Origin: Octopus sinensis
Taxonomy: Eukaryota
Direction: 5' to 3'
Length of the DNA stretch: 64,000 nt
Assembly: GCF_006345805.1 (NCBI RefSeq)
Contig: NC_043012.1
Span: 25,668,001-25,732,000, forward strand
Of the stretch, positions 14,299 to 28,168 are shown in pieces; the first letter of the stretch is position 1; every line of letters begins with the position of its first letter. The position numbers and the translations under genes were made by a program. Under the pieces are notes generated by a model that was given only the letters and a program-made list of their open reading frames with translations, did no database searches and was not told where the DNA came from.

Positions 14299-15197
14299 CA
14301 CACTCACTCTCACCACTATGCGCATACACACAAACACACACACGGGCATACGCATACACAAACATACCACGGGCACTTACAGACACTTGAAGAAAGAAAT
14401 TAAATAAAGTATGAAAAGAAATAGAAATATTTTGTTTTCCAAAAATGTATTACGATATAATTTATTTAGTTGTTTTCTGAAAAAAATATTATTTATTACA
14501 ACACAGTTTTGTTTTTAATTTTTAAATTTGTGTAGTTTCGTTATTTATTATTTTTATCTTTTCTGTCTTGTAAATTATTTGATTGTTATATCAAAAGACG
14601 TTTCTCTTATCTCTTGAACTATATAGCTTTAAAAGCAAGAAATAAACAACAGATTTAGTTAAATTCTACCATTTTCCAAACCACTATTACCAAATCTAAT
14701 TGTGCCTCTCACTTGTTAACTCCAGTTTATCTAGCGTTATGAGAATGACAGGCCAAAATTCATCCTCCATGGATAAGTCGGTATCATTTTGCAGTAATGC
14801 ACCAGTTTCTTCTAAGGTAAGAACAATAACCCGTGGTTAATTCTTCAACGAGCTGTCCTGTTCCTGACACATACCGAACGTAAAGTGAGTTCTCTAAGAA
14901 TCCGAGAATTATTTTATGTTAGTTACACTACCAAAAGATGTGTCCAGTTACATAAAGGCACTTTGAGAAGCTCGGACATGATATGTATAATGCGTAACGT
15001 AGCGATGTAGGGAATAACGTACCCGTAAACATTGTCGCAGGCCTGTATGTTTAGTAAGAACCTTACTTCCAAACCACATGTTTCTAAGTTCAGTCCCATT
15101 GGCTGGCAACTTGGGTAAGAGTCACGGGTAAGAGTTTTCTACCATACCCCTTCAAGAACCGAACACTTGTGAGCTGATTTCTTAGATGTGGTAGAAG

Positions 15198-15257
15198 AAA
15201 GTGAAAGATGCCCATCATATATATATATATATATATATGATGGGCATCTTTCACTTT
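15198..15257. repeat. Perfect 60-bp palindrome centred on (TA)10
   Basis: aaagtgaaagatgcccatca + (ta)10 + tgatgggcatctttcacttt. Confidence 0.95.
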
Positions 15258-15364
15258 ATATAATATATATATATATATACATAGATAGATAGATATACGT
15301 GTGTGCATGTATGTCTCTGTGTATGTATGTGTGTGTGCGCCTTTGTGTATATTTGAGTTTGTTG

Positions 15365-15517
15365 ATGTTCTTATATCCCTAACTTACCGGGGACAGAGTA
15401 AGTTCCAGGTTTCGAAATTAAGTACTGGTATCGATTAATTCGACACGGATTTCTTCAAGGCGGTGTCCCGGCACGGCTGCCGTCTACCGACTGAAGCACG
15501 TCGAGGATAAAAAAAAA
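15365..15517 (+). mobile_element. 3' part of family C SINE, diverged
   Basis: aagtactggtatcgatt...ttcttcaaggcggtgtcccggcacggctgc resembles 18150-18240. Confidence 0.55.
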
Positions 15518-17716
15518 CTAACTGTGCTTATTTGCTAAATGAAATGAGGGAAAATTTTTAGATTCGGTGCTGTAAAACCAGGTGGAGCTTATATCCTATG
15601 AATCAATCTTTTCCTTCTGTACAACTCAATAAATCCATACTTGCTTTTAGTTGGAGAACGAAAACTGCAGCAATGCGAGCCAATAAGAAGCTTTCTACCG
15701 GTTTCTTGGACTTGCTGCAAATAGCAACTGAATATCACATAAATTACTTTTCACCTTATAAGTCCGAAAGAGTCATATTGCACAAAGAAGCCTTAAAATT
15801 AGTATTTCTAAATGCGATAGGATGGTCATACATGGGACGATTTCATTCGAATAAATAAACAGGAGCCAAGCAGACGGCTTATATAAAATCAACCATGGCG
15901 ACATAAGGCTTATGACGGTGGATACTCAAGCACTGAAACGGGCATACACTTTTTTTATCTATCTTTTAGCTTTATCTATGTTAGAAGCGTGAATATTCGT
16001 TCCTTTAACGTATATTCTGATTACAAAAGAGTAATCTTGAATGAATGCAAAGACCTCTTATGGAGTTAATCTAGGCGTTTTATTATGCATTATGTGCGAT
16101 ATATAAGACTTTTTCATGATTTACTACATACAAACTTCTTCTCTTTGCTTTTACTCCAAATATAAAGGGAAAGAAATATATCTTCCACTTGCTCTACCTT
16201 TAACAATCCCGGAAGAATGAAAGCAAATTTTTATACTGGCGTGAATTGACCTTTGCGAGCAACACACGGAAGTGATTTCGTCAAGTATTCTGTCAACGTA
16301 CTCTGATGACTGTTCAGTTATGTGTTTTGAATGGTTTATTGTATCCTGAATAAGTGATCGAAGTTAAGATGGAAACCCAGGATTGCAATACGGAGTCAAT
16401 TTGAGATTAAATCATCTCTTCTTAGTTTTGCTATAACTATGTTAGTGACATCATACTTAATTTTAATAATGGTAGGCATGCTTGTATTTAATAAGACTTA
16501 TATGTTGTGGAGAAAAGTGTACAAGCTAATATTAACAATGATTATGTTGTTGTGATTATCTATGCTGGACGTAATCTGGCTGATGTCTTTAGAACGGATG
16601 ACTTTACTAGTAAAATTTGCTCAATCGTTCCTTGAAAGAGAATGATTACCGAACAATATCTATAACATATAATAAGTCCTATATTAATTTGAACAACTTT
16701 TGTTAAATGCTCTTTTTGTTAATGTTTATGAGTTTGCTTCTGTATATTTTTTAATCAATTAGAGGGGGAAGAGTGTGGGAAGAGGAAGGGAATGAGGAGG
16801 CGGAAGAGAAGGCTTCCCTCACCAACTTTTAGGCTCATATAAAAAAAACGTTAATACTAGCGACGCTCAGCATCCTTAAATCTAGATTAGTATGTTAACG
16901 AGGAAAAAAGACGATCGGAGCAGAAAGGTATTGGAAATTTTGATTGAAATCATTACAAAAGAGAAATGCCCTCGAAAGTACTCAAAGACCTCTTATGGTG
17001 TTAATCTTTATTTTGTGTCTCGTGCGATATATAATTCCTGTGGGACACCGTTTGTAAAAGCTTTTCAATTAATTACTACAAACGTACTTACTCTCTTTGT
17101 TTTTACTCCATAAATCTGTTAACATATAATAATAAATCTCTTAATACATCTTTTAATATCCGTAAAACAAAGGGACAATACTCTTTAGCTACTATTTATA
17201 TCAGTACTAAAGCCCTTAATACAGTTCTTCACTGAATACTACTTCCTTTCCTGAATGTAACCATATAATTAATTTAATATCTCGCCTTTAACAGTTGTAA
17301 ATAAACAAATGAATAATTTAGGTCCTTCACTCTTTAAAAAAAGAAAAGCAAATCAATATTTAATTTACAACCACGTAGAAAATATCGCAACTAGATTGGA
17401 AAAGAAAAAAAAAACAAGAAAAAAAAGAAGATGACTGAATATACAATTGATGAAACACATCTTGTGGAAAAAGAAAATGGGGAAAAAAAAAAAGAAAACG
17501 AAAATAAGCGCCTGGGGTGAAAGAGCAAAAAGAGATAGAGTTAGTGTCAGGAAATGAAGATTTCTGCAAACAAAAAGTAACACTGTGTCAAAACGAAGAG
17601 GAATAATTAATAAAACTTCTGTCATTTAATGGTTTTATGAATGCCCTACACATTGAAATAGCTGTTGATTATTTGGTTACAAACCAAAAAGTACTATATA
17701 TATATATTATATATAC

Positions 17717-17765
<49 letters not shown>

Positions 17766-17827
17766 TTCTGTGTTTCTGTGTAGATGCATGTATATGGGAG
17801 TGTGTGCTTGTGTGTGTTTTTCGTACG

Positions 17828-18243
17828 CATACGTGGCTGTGTGGTAAGAAACTTGTTTCCCGTACACATGATGCGAGGTTCAGTCCCGCTGCGTGGTACC
17901 TTGGGCTGCTGCTTTTTTACTATAGATTCGAGCCGACCAAAGTTTTGTGAGTGGATTTGGTTGACGGAAACTGAAAGAAGCTTGTCATATATATCTTATT
18001 GTGTGTATTTATATATATGTATGTGTGTGTGTATGAGTATTTGTGACTGTGTTTGTCCTTCCCAAAAACACTTGACAATCGGTGTTTATGTCAGCGTAAC
18101 TTCGCGCTTAAGCAAGAGAAACCGATAGAATATGTCTGTGGCTCTTAAAAAATAAGCATTGGTGTCGATGCATTAAATTAAAAATTCTTCAAGGCAGTGC
18201 CCCAGTATGGTCGCATACTGTTGATCGAAACAAGTAAAAAGAA
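17828..18243 (+). mobile_element. Family C SINE (tRNA head, CORE-like domain, internal microsatellite)
   Basis: Head gtggctgtgtggtaagaa...ggttcagtcccgctgcgtggtaccttgggc. The related copy at 24801 has ggcatcttgggcaagtgtc, resembling the CORE-SINE motif. Tail ttcttcaaggcagtgccccagtatgg. Confidence 0.8.
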
Positions 18244-18805
18244 TCAAAAATAGGATCTCTGTATGTATATATGTATGTATATGTTTGTATGTATATGAAC
18301 AGAACTAAATAATCTTATGTTTAGAAATATATGGTTAGTCTACATTAGTCCGTAAGGAGCAGGGACACAACGTTACCTAGTTTCTGTGACATATATATTC
18401 CCCCTGGTTGGGACGCCAGCCTGTTGTATAGTCACTTATTTTTGCCTTCTGAGTGGACTGGAGCAACGTGATATGACCTGCCTTTCTCAGAGCAAGTGGG
18501 AATACCAATAATTTTGCTAATATTTCTAGATGCTTCCGTTGGTTCAAGCAGCTATAAACATAATCTCAGGCACGCCTTACATGACCTCGCATGGGTCATT
18601 GAAAATATTTTGAGAACTGGTGGAGGAAATGTCTCCCACCATTACCACTCGACCTGCATTAATTATCACCGGAATAAGGTGCATAACGTTAAATGAAATA
18701 TATTGCGTCGCCCACACCACGAATTTAAACGACAAATTAAAAGTGAATGTATATGAGCTCGACTCACTAACAGGCAAGGCAAACGAGTGTGAATACGCGT
18801 ATACA

Positions 18806-18857
<52 letters not shown>

Positions 18858-18991
18858 GTGAGAGGTATTAGTATCTAGAAGATCGAAAGAGTGGCAGGTA
18901 CCGCTATCTAAGTGCTGTGGACAGACCGTAGATAAACACTTGATTTGATAGTGATAGGAGTGAGGACTCTAATATGGGTCTTGTATTAGCA

Positions 18992-19032
<41 letters not shown>

Positions 19033-19076
19033 TATATATTATATATATATATATTATATATATATATGTTAGACAA

Positions 19077-19222
19077 AATGAGATGACAAAGCCAATGGTG
19101 TGAGGAATTTTCAGGATATTTATGAGGAAAAGGATATTGAAACAGCTGTAAGACTATATCTATATTCCTTTCCTTATAAACGTCCTGAAAACTCCTCACA
19201 GCCACTGCTTTGTTATCACATT
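19077..19222. repeat. Diverged fold-back (~63-bp arms) inside (TA)n, with the 3' half of a hammerhead-like motif in the spacer
   Basis: Arms 19077-19140 and 19160-19222 are diverged reverse complements; GAAA-CAGCTG-TA-AGAC at 19139-19154. Confidence 0.8.
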
Positions 19223-19236
19223 ATATATATACATAT

Positions 19237-19312
<76 letters not shown>

Positions 19313-20390
19313 GCAACATAGATATATATGTGTGTGCGTGTGTCTGGCTGTGTGATGTGGCTGTGTGCAACTCACAGCTTTGTAATCTTGTCCACCGAAC
19401 ATATCTCGGCAAAAGCCGCTTTCTACATGGCTGAGAAGATAGGTTCTTTGAACGAGCCTACTACAGGCCGAATCAAACTGTTATTAAATAATATACGTAA
19501 CTTCTATCAAATGCTTTGAGTGACACTTTCTTTCTTGTGTCCACTCCCACTTGTATAAGCATATATATCTAAGCATCAATAAACAGAACATTTTTATTGA
19601 AAATAATACGTGTGGAAAAATGCTATTTTCATGGTTGCTTACCTTTAATTTGGTTTTCTCCAACGTACCACCTGTCGACTACGTGCCAACATCCAGGATC
19701 CACCCAACTAATTATAACTGTATCTAAGACTATTCCATTCAATGTTTTCTTGTTTAACATGATAGGGTGAGGTTTGAGTAATATATTGCCTGAATGGTTA
19801 GCGAGCAGTACCCTCCAAAATGTTGCCCGTTTACGAATCAATGCTGTGAGACTTCTGTATACAATTAGAAAGGGTTGCAAGCACATATTGATTTTCTCTT
19901 ACTGTACACAACTCATACTTAAGTGAAGGTATTGGCGTTGATTGAAATTAAAGACGCTATATATTGAGAAATTCTCTACTAAGGACATACATCGTTGCTA
20001 ACATTGAAGTCGATTTTTCTATGTTGTTTTGGTTTCCAGCGATTACAGCGAAAATTCATGTTTTAATGAAGTGAAATATTGTTTTATTAAACATTTAGTA
20101 GACGTTGTAATATTGTAGAAAATATAATTTAAAATATCATGAATGTCAGGAGAAATTATCAATGATTATGTTTTGTTTTGTGTGACCCATGGTCAACTCT
20201 GACATAACGTACTTAATTGAATTCTGCTCGGTCTTAATTCAAGAAATTTAACTGGAGCAGCCTATGTACAGTAAACTCTTTGTGTGTTTGCAACAACGTA
20301 CGACAGGAGAGAGAAAAATACAGATAACTGTTTCAAATGCATGCAGTATTAATATATCTGAACGGCAATACGTAGTTTAGTTCTCCAATT

Positions 20391-20779
20391 GTGGAGGCGC
20401 AATGGCCCAGTGGTTAGGGCAGCGGACTCGCGGTTATAGGATCGCGGTTTCGATTTCCAGACCGGGTGTTGTGAGTGTTTATTGAGCGAAAACACCTAAA
20501 AGCTCCACGAGGCTCCGGCAGGGGATGGTGGTGATCCCTGCTGTACTCTTTCACCACAACTTTCTCTCACTCTTACTTCCTGTTTCTGTTGTACCTGTAT
20601 TTCAAAGGGCCGGCCTTGTCACTCTCTGTGTCACGCTGAATATCCCCGAGAACTACATTAAGGGTACACGTGTCTGTGGAGTGCTCAGCCACTTACACGT
20701 TAATTTCACGAGCAGGCTGTTCCGTTGATTCGGATCAACCGGAAACCTCGTCGTCGTAACCGACGGAGTGCTTCCATCC
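20391..20779 (+). mobile_element. Full-length family D tRNA-derived SINE with 10-bp target-site duplication
   Basis: A-box-like tggcccagtgg, B-box-like ggtttcgatttcc; agttctccaa at 20379-20388 and 20780-20789. Confidence 0.9.
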
Positions 20780-20959
20780 AGTTCTCCAACTACAAAGCGA
20801 AGGACTTTATAATATGGTTAGATTTAGACAATAAAGAGGGAAATAATTCAGTATCTGTCTTCTATGATGATGCTTACAGAATTGAATTTTACAAATTATG
20901 AAATAAGTTACACAACAAACGTATCTGTTGGCAAGCACACGCACACGTACATACACATG

Positions 20960-20960
<1 letters not shown>

Positions 20961-21058
<98 letters not shown>

Positions 21059-21063
21059 ATATA

Positions 21064-21126
<63 letters not shown>
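20961..21126. repeat. (CTAT)n + (TA)n microsatellite
   Basis: Direct reading. Confidence 0.95.
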
Positions 21127-21129
<3 letters not shown>

Positions 21130-21130
21130 G

Positions 21131-21597
21131 CATGAACTGAGTATTGCTGGTAAACTGGGTGAGTGACTGCATGATTTATTAAGGGGCAGAATTATGGCTA
21201 TCACTGTAAATAGTGTTCTCTCTGAAGTGACACCAATCCTCAGTGGATTCCCCCAGGGAGCAGTGCTGAGTCCACTATTGTTTGTGATTGTTCTCTAGGA
21301 TATGCCTTCAGCTACATAGTCACCAACACTCACTCCGCTATCACTCCGCTTTAAGCCCACAAACACACTTCAGCTGAAGTACACGGGACCAGCATGCAAT
21401 GTAATCACAGAGGTAGAGTCAGTGCGTGACCTGAGAATCCATATTAGCACCGATGCAACTTTCCATGTGCACATTGGTCACATGGCAACATTATGCAGGC
21501 AGGTGTCAGGTTGGATCTTTAGATGATTCAGGACCATGAACAGAGACACAATGGTTATGCTTTGGAGAATCTTTGTCCTCAGTCGTCTTGAGAGTAC
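21131..21597 (+). pseudogene. CR1/L2-group LINE reverse-transcriptase fragment (stops, internal deletion)
   Basis: Manual translation gives SGFPQGAVLSPLLFVIVL*DMP (21242-21307; cf. SGVPQGxVLGPLLF) and VRDLRIHISTDATFHVHI...GWIFR*FRT...LWRIFVLSRLE (21422-21594). Confidence 0.8.
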
Positions 21598-22984
21598 ATT
21601 AGGTGAGACGTGAAACTATTAGGAAACCTGCAGTGTGCGTGAGTATGTATGTGTGTACATGTGTGTGCCTGTGTGTGTATGCGTATGCGTGCACTTGTGC
21701 GTATATTTCAACTAAACACTTAATATTGTTCAACTAAACCTACATAGCAATAGTCCAATGGTTGAAGGAAGTGAATTCTAAAGAGATAAAACATTTTTAG
21801 CAATACATTATTCAGAACGTTGTTTGATTTATATAAATCCAGCAGGATGGCCATTCAATGGAGATTTGGTTGCTATATCTCACTTGGGATCTGATTGTTT
21901 TAAAACATTTATGGTCTCTGACATAACCAAAGCATTTGAGATGAAATTAACTACAACGCCCTGCTGATCACTCAGCGTACTTCACACTAACGGTTCACAT
22001 ACATCTAAAAATAGCAAACTCGATTACAAATGAAATTTGCGATAGAATGTACAAGAATGGCAGGGTCTAATAATTTGCTTTCATTGACATAACTAATATT
22101 CTTTTATGGGTATTATTGTTTTTGAAGGGCATTAGTTATGTAATTGAAACGAAATAGCGGAAGCCGGGAATCAAATCTGTGTTGCGAACTCCGCTGGTCA
22201 GAACATTATTTTTAAAAGATATTTTGACAAAAAAAAAAAGAATACGACGAAGAACAATATTTTAAAAACCAAATGTGATAGAATGAGAAGAATCGCTAAA
22301 ACATAACGAGCTTGTCTTGTCGTTTAAACACCTGCCTCTGATACATTTTGAACGGTTTATAAGATTGTCAGTAAACACATCATGATAAAAATTCATTACA
22401 AAATGGCGTCATTATACTTCCATTTTCCGACATATTTCAACACACGCACACACCATCCATCCCAAACACAACCTTTCATTTGTAAGTGACAGCATCAACG
22501 TATATGATCACTAAGAAATTTGATAAATGTATTAATGATGCAGTTGCTGTTGTACATTTAGAAGTAGTAGTAGTAGTGGTTGTAGTAGTAATAATAGTCA
22601 GTGGAGTAGTAGTATTTGTTGTTATATTCTTGCTTCTATAGAGTTTTCGGTTTGTTTGATAATTTTGTCGGTATTTCATTTTCTTTTTGTCTATTCTGGA
22701 AAATTAGTCAAGATTAATTCGCCGATAAGCAAGTTAATCACAGAATACCCACTGAAACACGAGTGTTTTATACTGATTCGCAGGAACATTATCGGGTGAA
22801 CGAAAGTAGCATCTATTACCCGAAAGGCAGCACTCGTTTATGTAGAATTTTGTTTGATTTTCAAAAAAAATATATTTTAATCTTTTCGGGTTTTATTTTT
22901 GATGGGTAATACCGTATTTTTGTCATTTTTTGTTCACTAAAAATATGATTAAAAAACAAAACACGATCTTGCTATAAATTATAA

Positions 22985-23870
<886 letters not shown>

Positions 23871-24756
23871 CCGTAAAATCTCATTCAAATTTTCGCATTT
23901 TCATCATTTATCCCCCGACCACTAGTACAACCACTCCGCCATCTCTCTGCTTCTCTTTCTGTCTGTGTCCATCACTCTCTGTGTGTCTCTCTCGCTTCTT
24001 ATCTTTGCGATAACAACATATAAATATACAACCATACACTTTCAAAAATATCGTTGATATTCCTTTAAAGAATCTCATAGCACTCATCTAATTCATCTCC
24101 CTTAAAAATCGTGAAGTCTTTCAAAGAAACATACGCCATTTTGTTTTTGTATATTTCTATATAATTTTATGTATTTCTTTTCTTTTTTTTTTTCAATTAT
24201 GAAATTTCTGCTACTAAATAAATGAACAACCAAAAACAAAAATCCAAATAAATTCCAAAGAGAAAGAATGGGACGCATTTCGTTTAACGACATAGCGTAA
24301 AGGACGGAAAAAAAAGTTATATAAAATTGATCGGCATAATGACGACGATGTTGATGACGATGTTGATGATGATAGTGGTGGTGGTGACGATGATGAGGAC
24401 AATGATACTGATACTGAAGATGGTGATGATGACGACGACAGACTGTGATGATGATGATAACAATATTAACAATAATGATGACGTTAGCAGTAGTAGCTGA
24501 CGTAAGTTTTTTTCTTTATAATAGACTAATAGGATAGCTAAACATGAAAATATCGGATATCATATATGTACGTGTGTGTATGGTCTATTCATATTACTAC
24601 TCCTCGTGGGTGTGCATATATATATATATATATGTGTGTGTGTGTATTTGTGTCTATGTGTGTGTGCGTGTGTATGTGTGTGTGTGAGTGTATATGTATG
24701 TATATTTATATAATTTATATATATGTATATATATTTGTATGTGATATATATGTATG

Positions 24757-24789
<33 letters not shown>

Positions 24790-24800
24790 TATATATATAT

Positions 24801-24964
24801 ACAAGACGGGCTTCTTTCAGTTTCTGTGTACCAAATCCACTCACATGACCTTGGTCGGTCCGAAGTTATAGTAGTCGACACTTGCCCAAGATGCCACGCC
24901 GTCGCTGAATTTGGAACCGTGAGGTTAGGAAGCCAGCATCTCACCACAGAGCTACGCCTGCACC
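24801..24964 (-). mobile_element. 5' half of family C SINE
   Basis: Reverse complement gives ggcgtagctctgtggtgagatgctggc...ggttccaaattc...ggcatcttgggcaagtgtc...ggatttggtacacagaaactgaaagaagcccgtc. Confidence 0.8.
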
Positions 24965-25042
24965 TATGCCTATAAAATCCTTTAAAATTTTTAAGCCCGA
25001 AGGCCGCGGCCATGCTGGGGCACTACCGCTATATATATATAT

Positions 25043-25274
25043 ATTTCTTTACTATCCACAAGGGGCTAAACGCAGAGGGAACAAACAAGGACAGACATAG
25101 GTATTAAGTCGATACATCGACCCCAGTGCGTAAGTGGTACTTAATTTATCGACCCCGAAAGGATGAAAGGCAAAGTCGACCTCGGCGTAATTTGAACTCA
25201 GAATGTAACGACAGACGAAATACCGCTAAACGTTTCGCCCGGCGCGCTAACGTTTCTGCCAGCTCGCCGCCTTT
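25043..25274 (-). mobile_element. Full-length family B SINE inserted in (TA)n
   Basis: Head aaggcggcgagctggcagaaacgttagc; tail ccccttgtggatagtaaagaaa runs into (TA)n; TA repeats on both sides. Confidence 0.9.
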
Positions 25275-25286
25275 ATAATATATATA

Positions 25287-25350
<64 letters not shown>

Positions 25351-27381
25351 ATATATATATATTCTATATATATATATATATATATATACATGCGCATGTA
25401 TACCATATGTTTTTATATATATGCAAATATTAATTCATATGCATATATTTATAATGCATATATATTTATACACGTATATGTGTGTGTGTGTGTACGTCAT
25501 GGGAATACGTGGATACTTCCACATATATGTGCACATATGTGTGTGTATGTAATGCATGTTATGTGATTTTAGGTCGGCGTGCATTAGGCATGTTGCTGAC
25601 AGCGCGATGTTGCTTTCCTTTTCACATTGCCTTAGGAAAGCGTGGCAACAATAATACCTCTTATCTCGCGTGTTTGACTTTGAAATCTGTATTGAAGTTC
25701 CTCCTTAGCCCGCTGGAATGTAGAATATTTTTTCATGAATTAGCTGAAATACGTCTCTATCTCAACGACTTATTTATACAGAGGAATACTTTATTGGTCT
25801 CCGGAAAATCGGATATATGTTTAGAAAACAACAGGTCATACTGCTATGGAGTGCGATTGTGCCCAAGTTACCAACATTGAATAGGAATTAACAACCTGTA
25901 TGTCGTAGTCCCATGGTTGCGACCGAGTGCCGTGATCAGAAACACAGTCTAATAAAAGATTATCAAGTTAGACGTCACCAAACGCGAGATGCATTCGAGG
26001 TTGTATTTGATAATTTGGTAATTTTATAGAAGCAGCGTAATGTGGCATTTGTAGTTTAATAGTAAATTTCGCACTTGTTTTTCATAAACTTTCGTTTAAG
26101 ATCATTTTATAAATCTGCCGTCAGTTTTAACGACTGCAAAAGCAGAATCAATGAAACGTCTGCTCTAAATGTTTCGCAACATTTTCGAAATTAACGTGTA
26201 AAATGGTAAGGGTTAGTTTATATTTGGAATTGTGAAGATGTCAATTCGTCTCCATTTCAGCAATGTTCTAAACGTATTGCACCATCAAATGTAAATCTGA
26301 CAATTTTGCAGTCCACAAGTTTGGTCCATTAATGGGCCACATGAGCTTTGCTATTTAGTACAGAAACTTGCTGATAAACCTCTGTCTGTCCATGAGGTCT
26401 GTCATTGTTCAATGACTTAATGCTGTTGGTAACACGAACTTCTGAATATTTGAATTAGCGAAACATACACATATGGTTAAATTCGTGGTTTATCTGGATG
26501 CTTTGTTTCGTCTTCAAAACCTCAGCTGCCGTTGAACGAGTAAAACATTCCCCTTTAAGTAGACGGCAGGTTAGAACTGGTTACTGCCACCAAGCTGTTA
26601 ATATGAATTAGCATTGTCATTACAAAGAAACGTCACAAACCAATGCCACTATGTATGAACGAGAAATAACGGTACACACACACATACATATGTATTTATA
26701 AATATAAATAAGGGTGTGCGTGCGCGTGTGTGTTTGTGTTGGTGTGTATGTGTGTTTGTGTGCATGTCATTCTTGTGTGTATGTGTCTGTGCGTATGTGT
26801 GTATGTATATGCATATAGAACGCAAAGCAAATTTCAGAGAGGGGCAATAATTAAAGGGACGTTAAAATTAATATTCTTTGGTAAACGCTAGACGTAAACA
26901 TTTAACAGAATGAATAATATACGGTAAGGCCATCAGATTTCGAATACAAGTATAAGGTCTCCTATAAAGATATAAGTTTTCGGGTATTAGAGAACAATCC
27001 GAGTGAGAGAAGGAAGTGAAGGTGGGAGCAGCATGTAAAGTGCGACAACAAAATGCACGAGCGTTAGGTTGTCATGTTTTGACCTCTTACTATAAAGATA
27101 ATATATATTATATATATATATATTATATATATATATATATATAAATGTTAATGGTTTTTATTGTACGCCTGTGTCATAGATTATCCGTTGTCTGTCAGCA
27201 TATACATTTCTGTATATGTAATTTTTCTGATATGTATGTTTGCAAGAGTGTCAGGTAACGAGATAAATGTATTTCTGTCATTCTGAAAGTGAGGGGAACT
27301 TAACATCTAATAAGACAGTTGCTTTCCATCACAACTAAGACACAATGTACACACGTAGTCATACCTATATATCTATGTATG

Positions 27382-27412
<31 letters not shown>

Positions 27413-28131
27413 ATATATATATACATATACATACATATATATATATATATATATATGTATACTATGTACATATAGATATATATATACATATACATATATA
27501 TGTACATACAGACGCAAACACACACACACACACAATAATATATATATATATATATATGAATAGAAAGAGAAAGCCAATACATGACAAAAGAAATAGCAAA
27601 GAATACAACAACAAAAACTAAACATAATATTATTAAAGAAAGATACAACGATGCCAAAGAGTAGAGGGTTTAGTATATTTCTTGCCAATTCTTGCCAATA
27701 CTTTGCATTTCGTTTCTTGCATTCTTTCTTTATTTCTTATTTTATTTACTTTTATGTTTTTGTTTTTATCTCTTCGCTCTTCTACAAGAATTCTGTTCCA
27801 AAGTTGACAACAAATGCTTTCTGTATTTTTCATTGCTTTTCACATGACAACACTTTCTCGTTTATTTATTATTATTGTTGTTATATTCCCACTTCTTTCT
27901 TTTCCTATAATACTGTTTTGTGTAAGGTGATTTTGTCGTGTTTTACATTTAATTTCTTCCTACTTGCACACGTTCTAAATATTTTTTTTTCTTTATTTTT
28001 CAACAGATAAATAAACAAACACAGTCACACACGCATTTCTATGCACACACACTCGTACATATACTCACATGTCATAGCTTGCTACTATATTTTTAATGCC
28101 TTCTCTGTCTGTCTGTTTGTCTGTCTGTTTG

Positions 28132-28168
<37 letters not shown>

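Noticed and set aside
17424-17610. E/K-rich frames MTEYTIDETHLVEKENGE... / ...KEIELVSGNEDFCKQK
   Set aside because: Needs a frameshift to join; purine-rich low complexity; no splice support.
20300-20370. - strand GAAA-CAG-ttat-CTG-TA (hammerhead stem III-like)
   Set aside because: The upstream core is CAGATAT, not CUGANGA, and there is no stem I.
20393-20470. tRNA-like sequence (also the other SINE heads)
   Set aside because: Has A/B boxes but no complete cloverleaf, and continues into a SINE body; not a tRNA gene.
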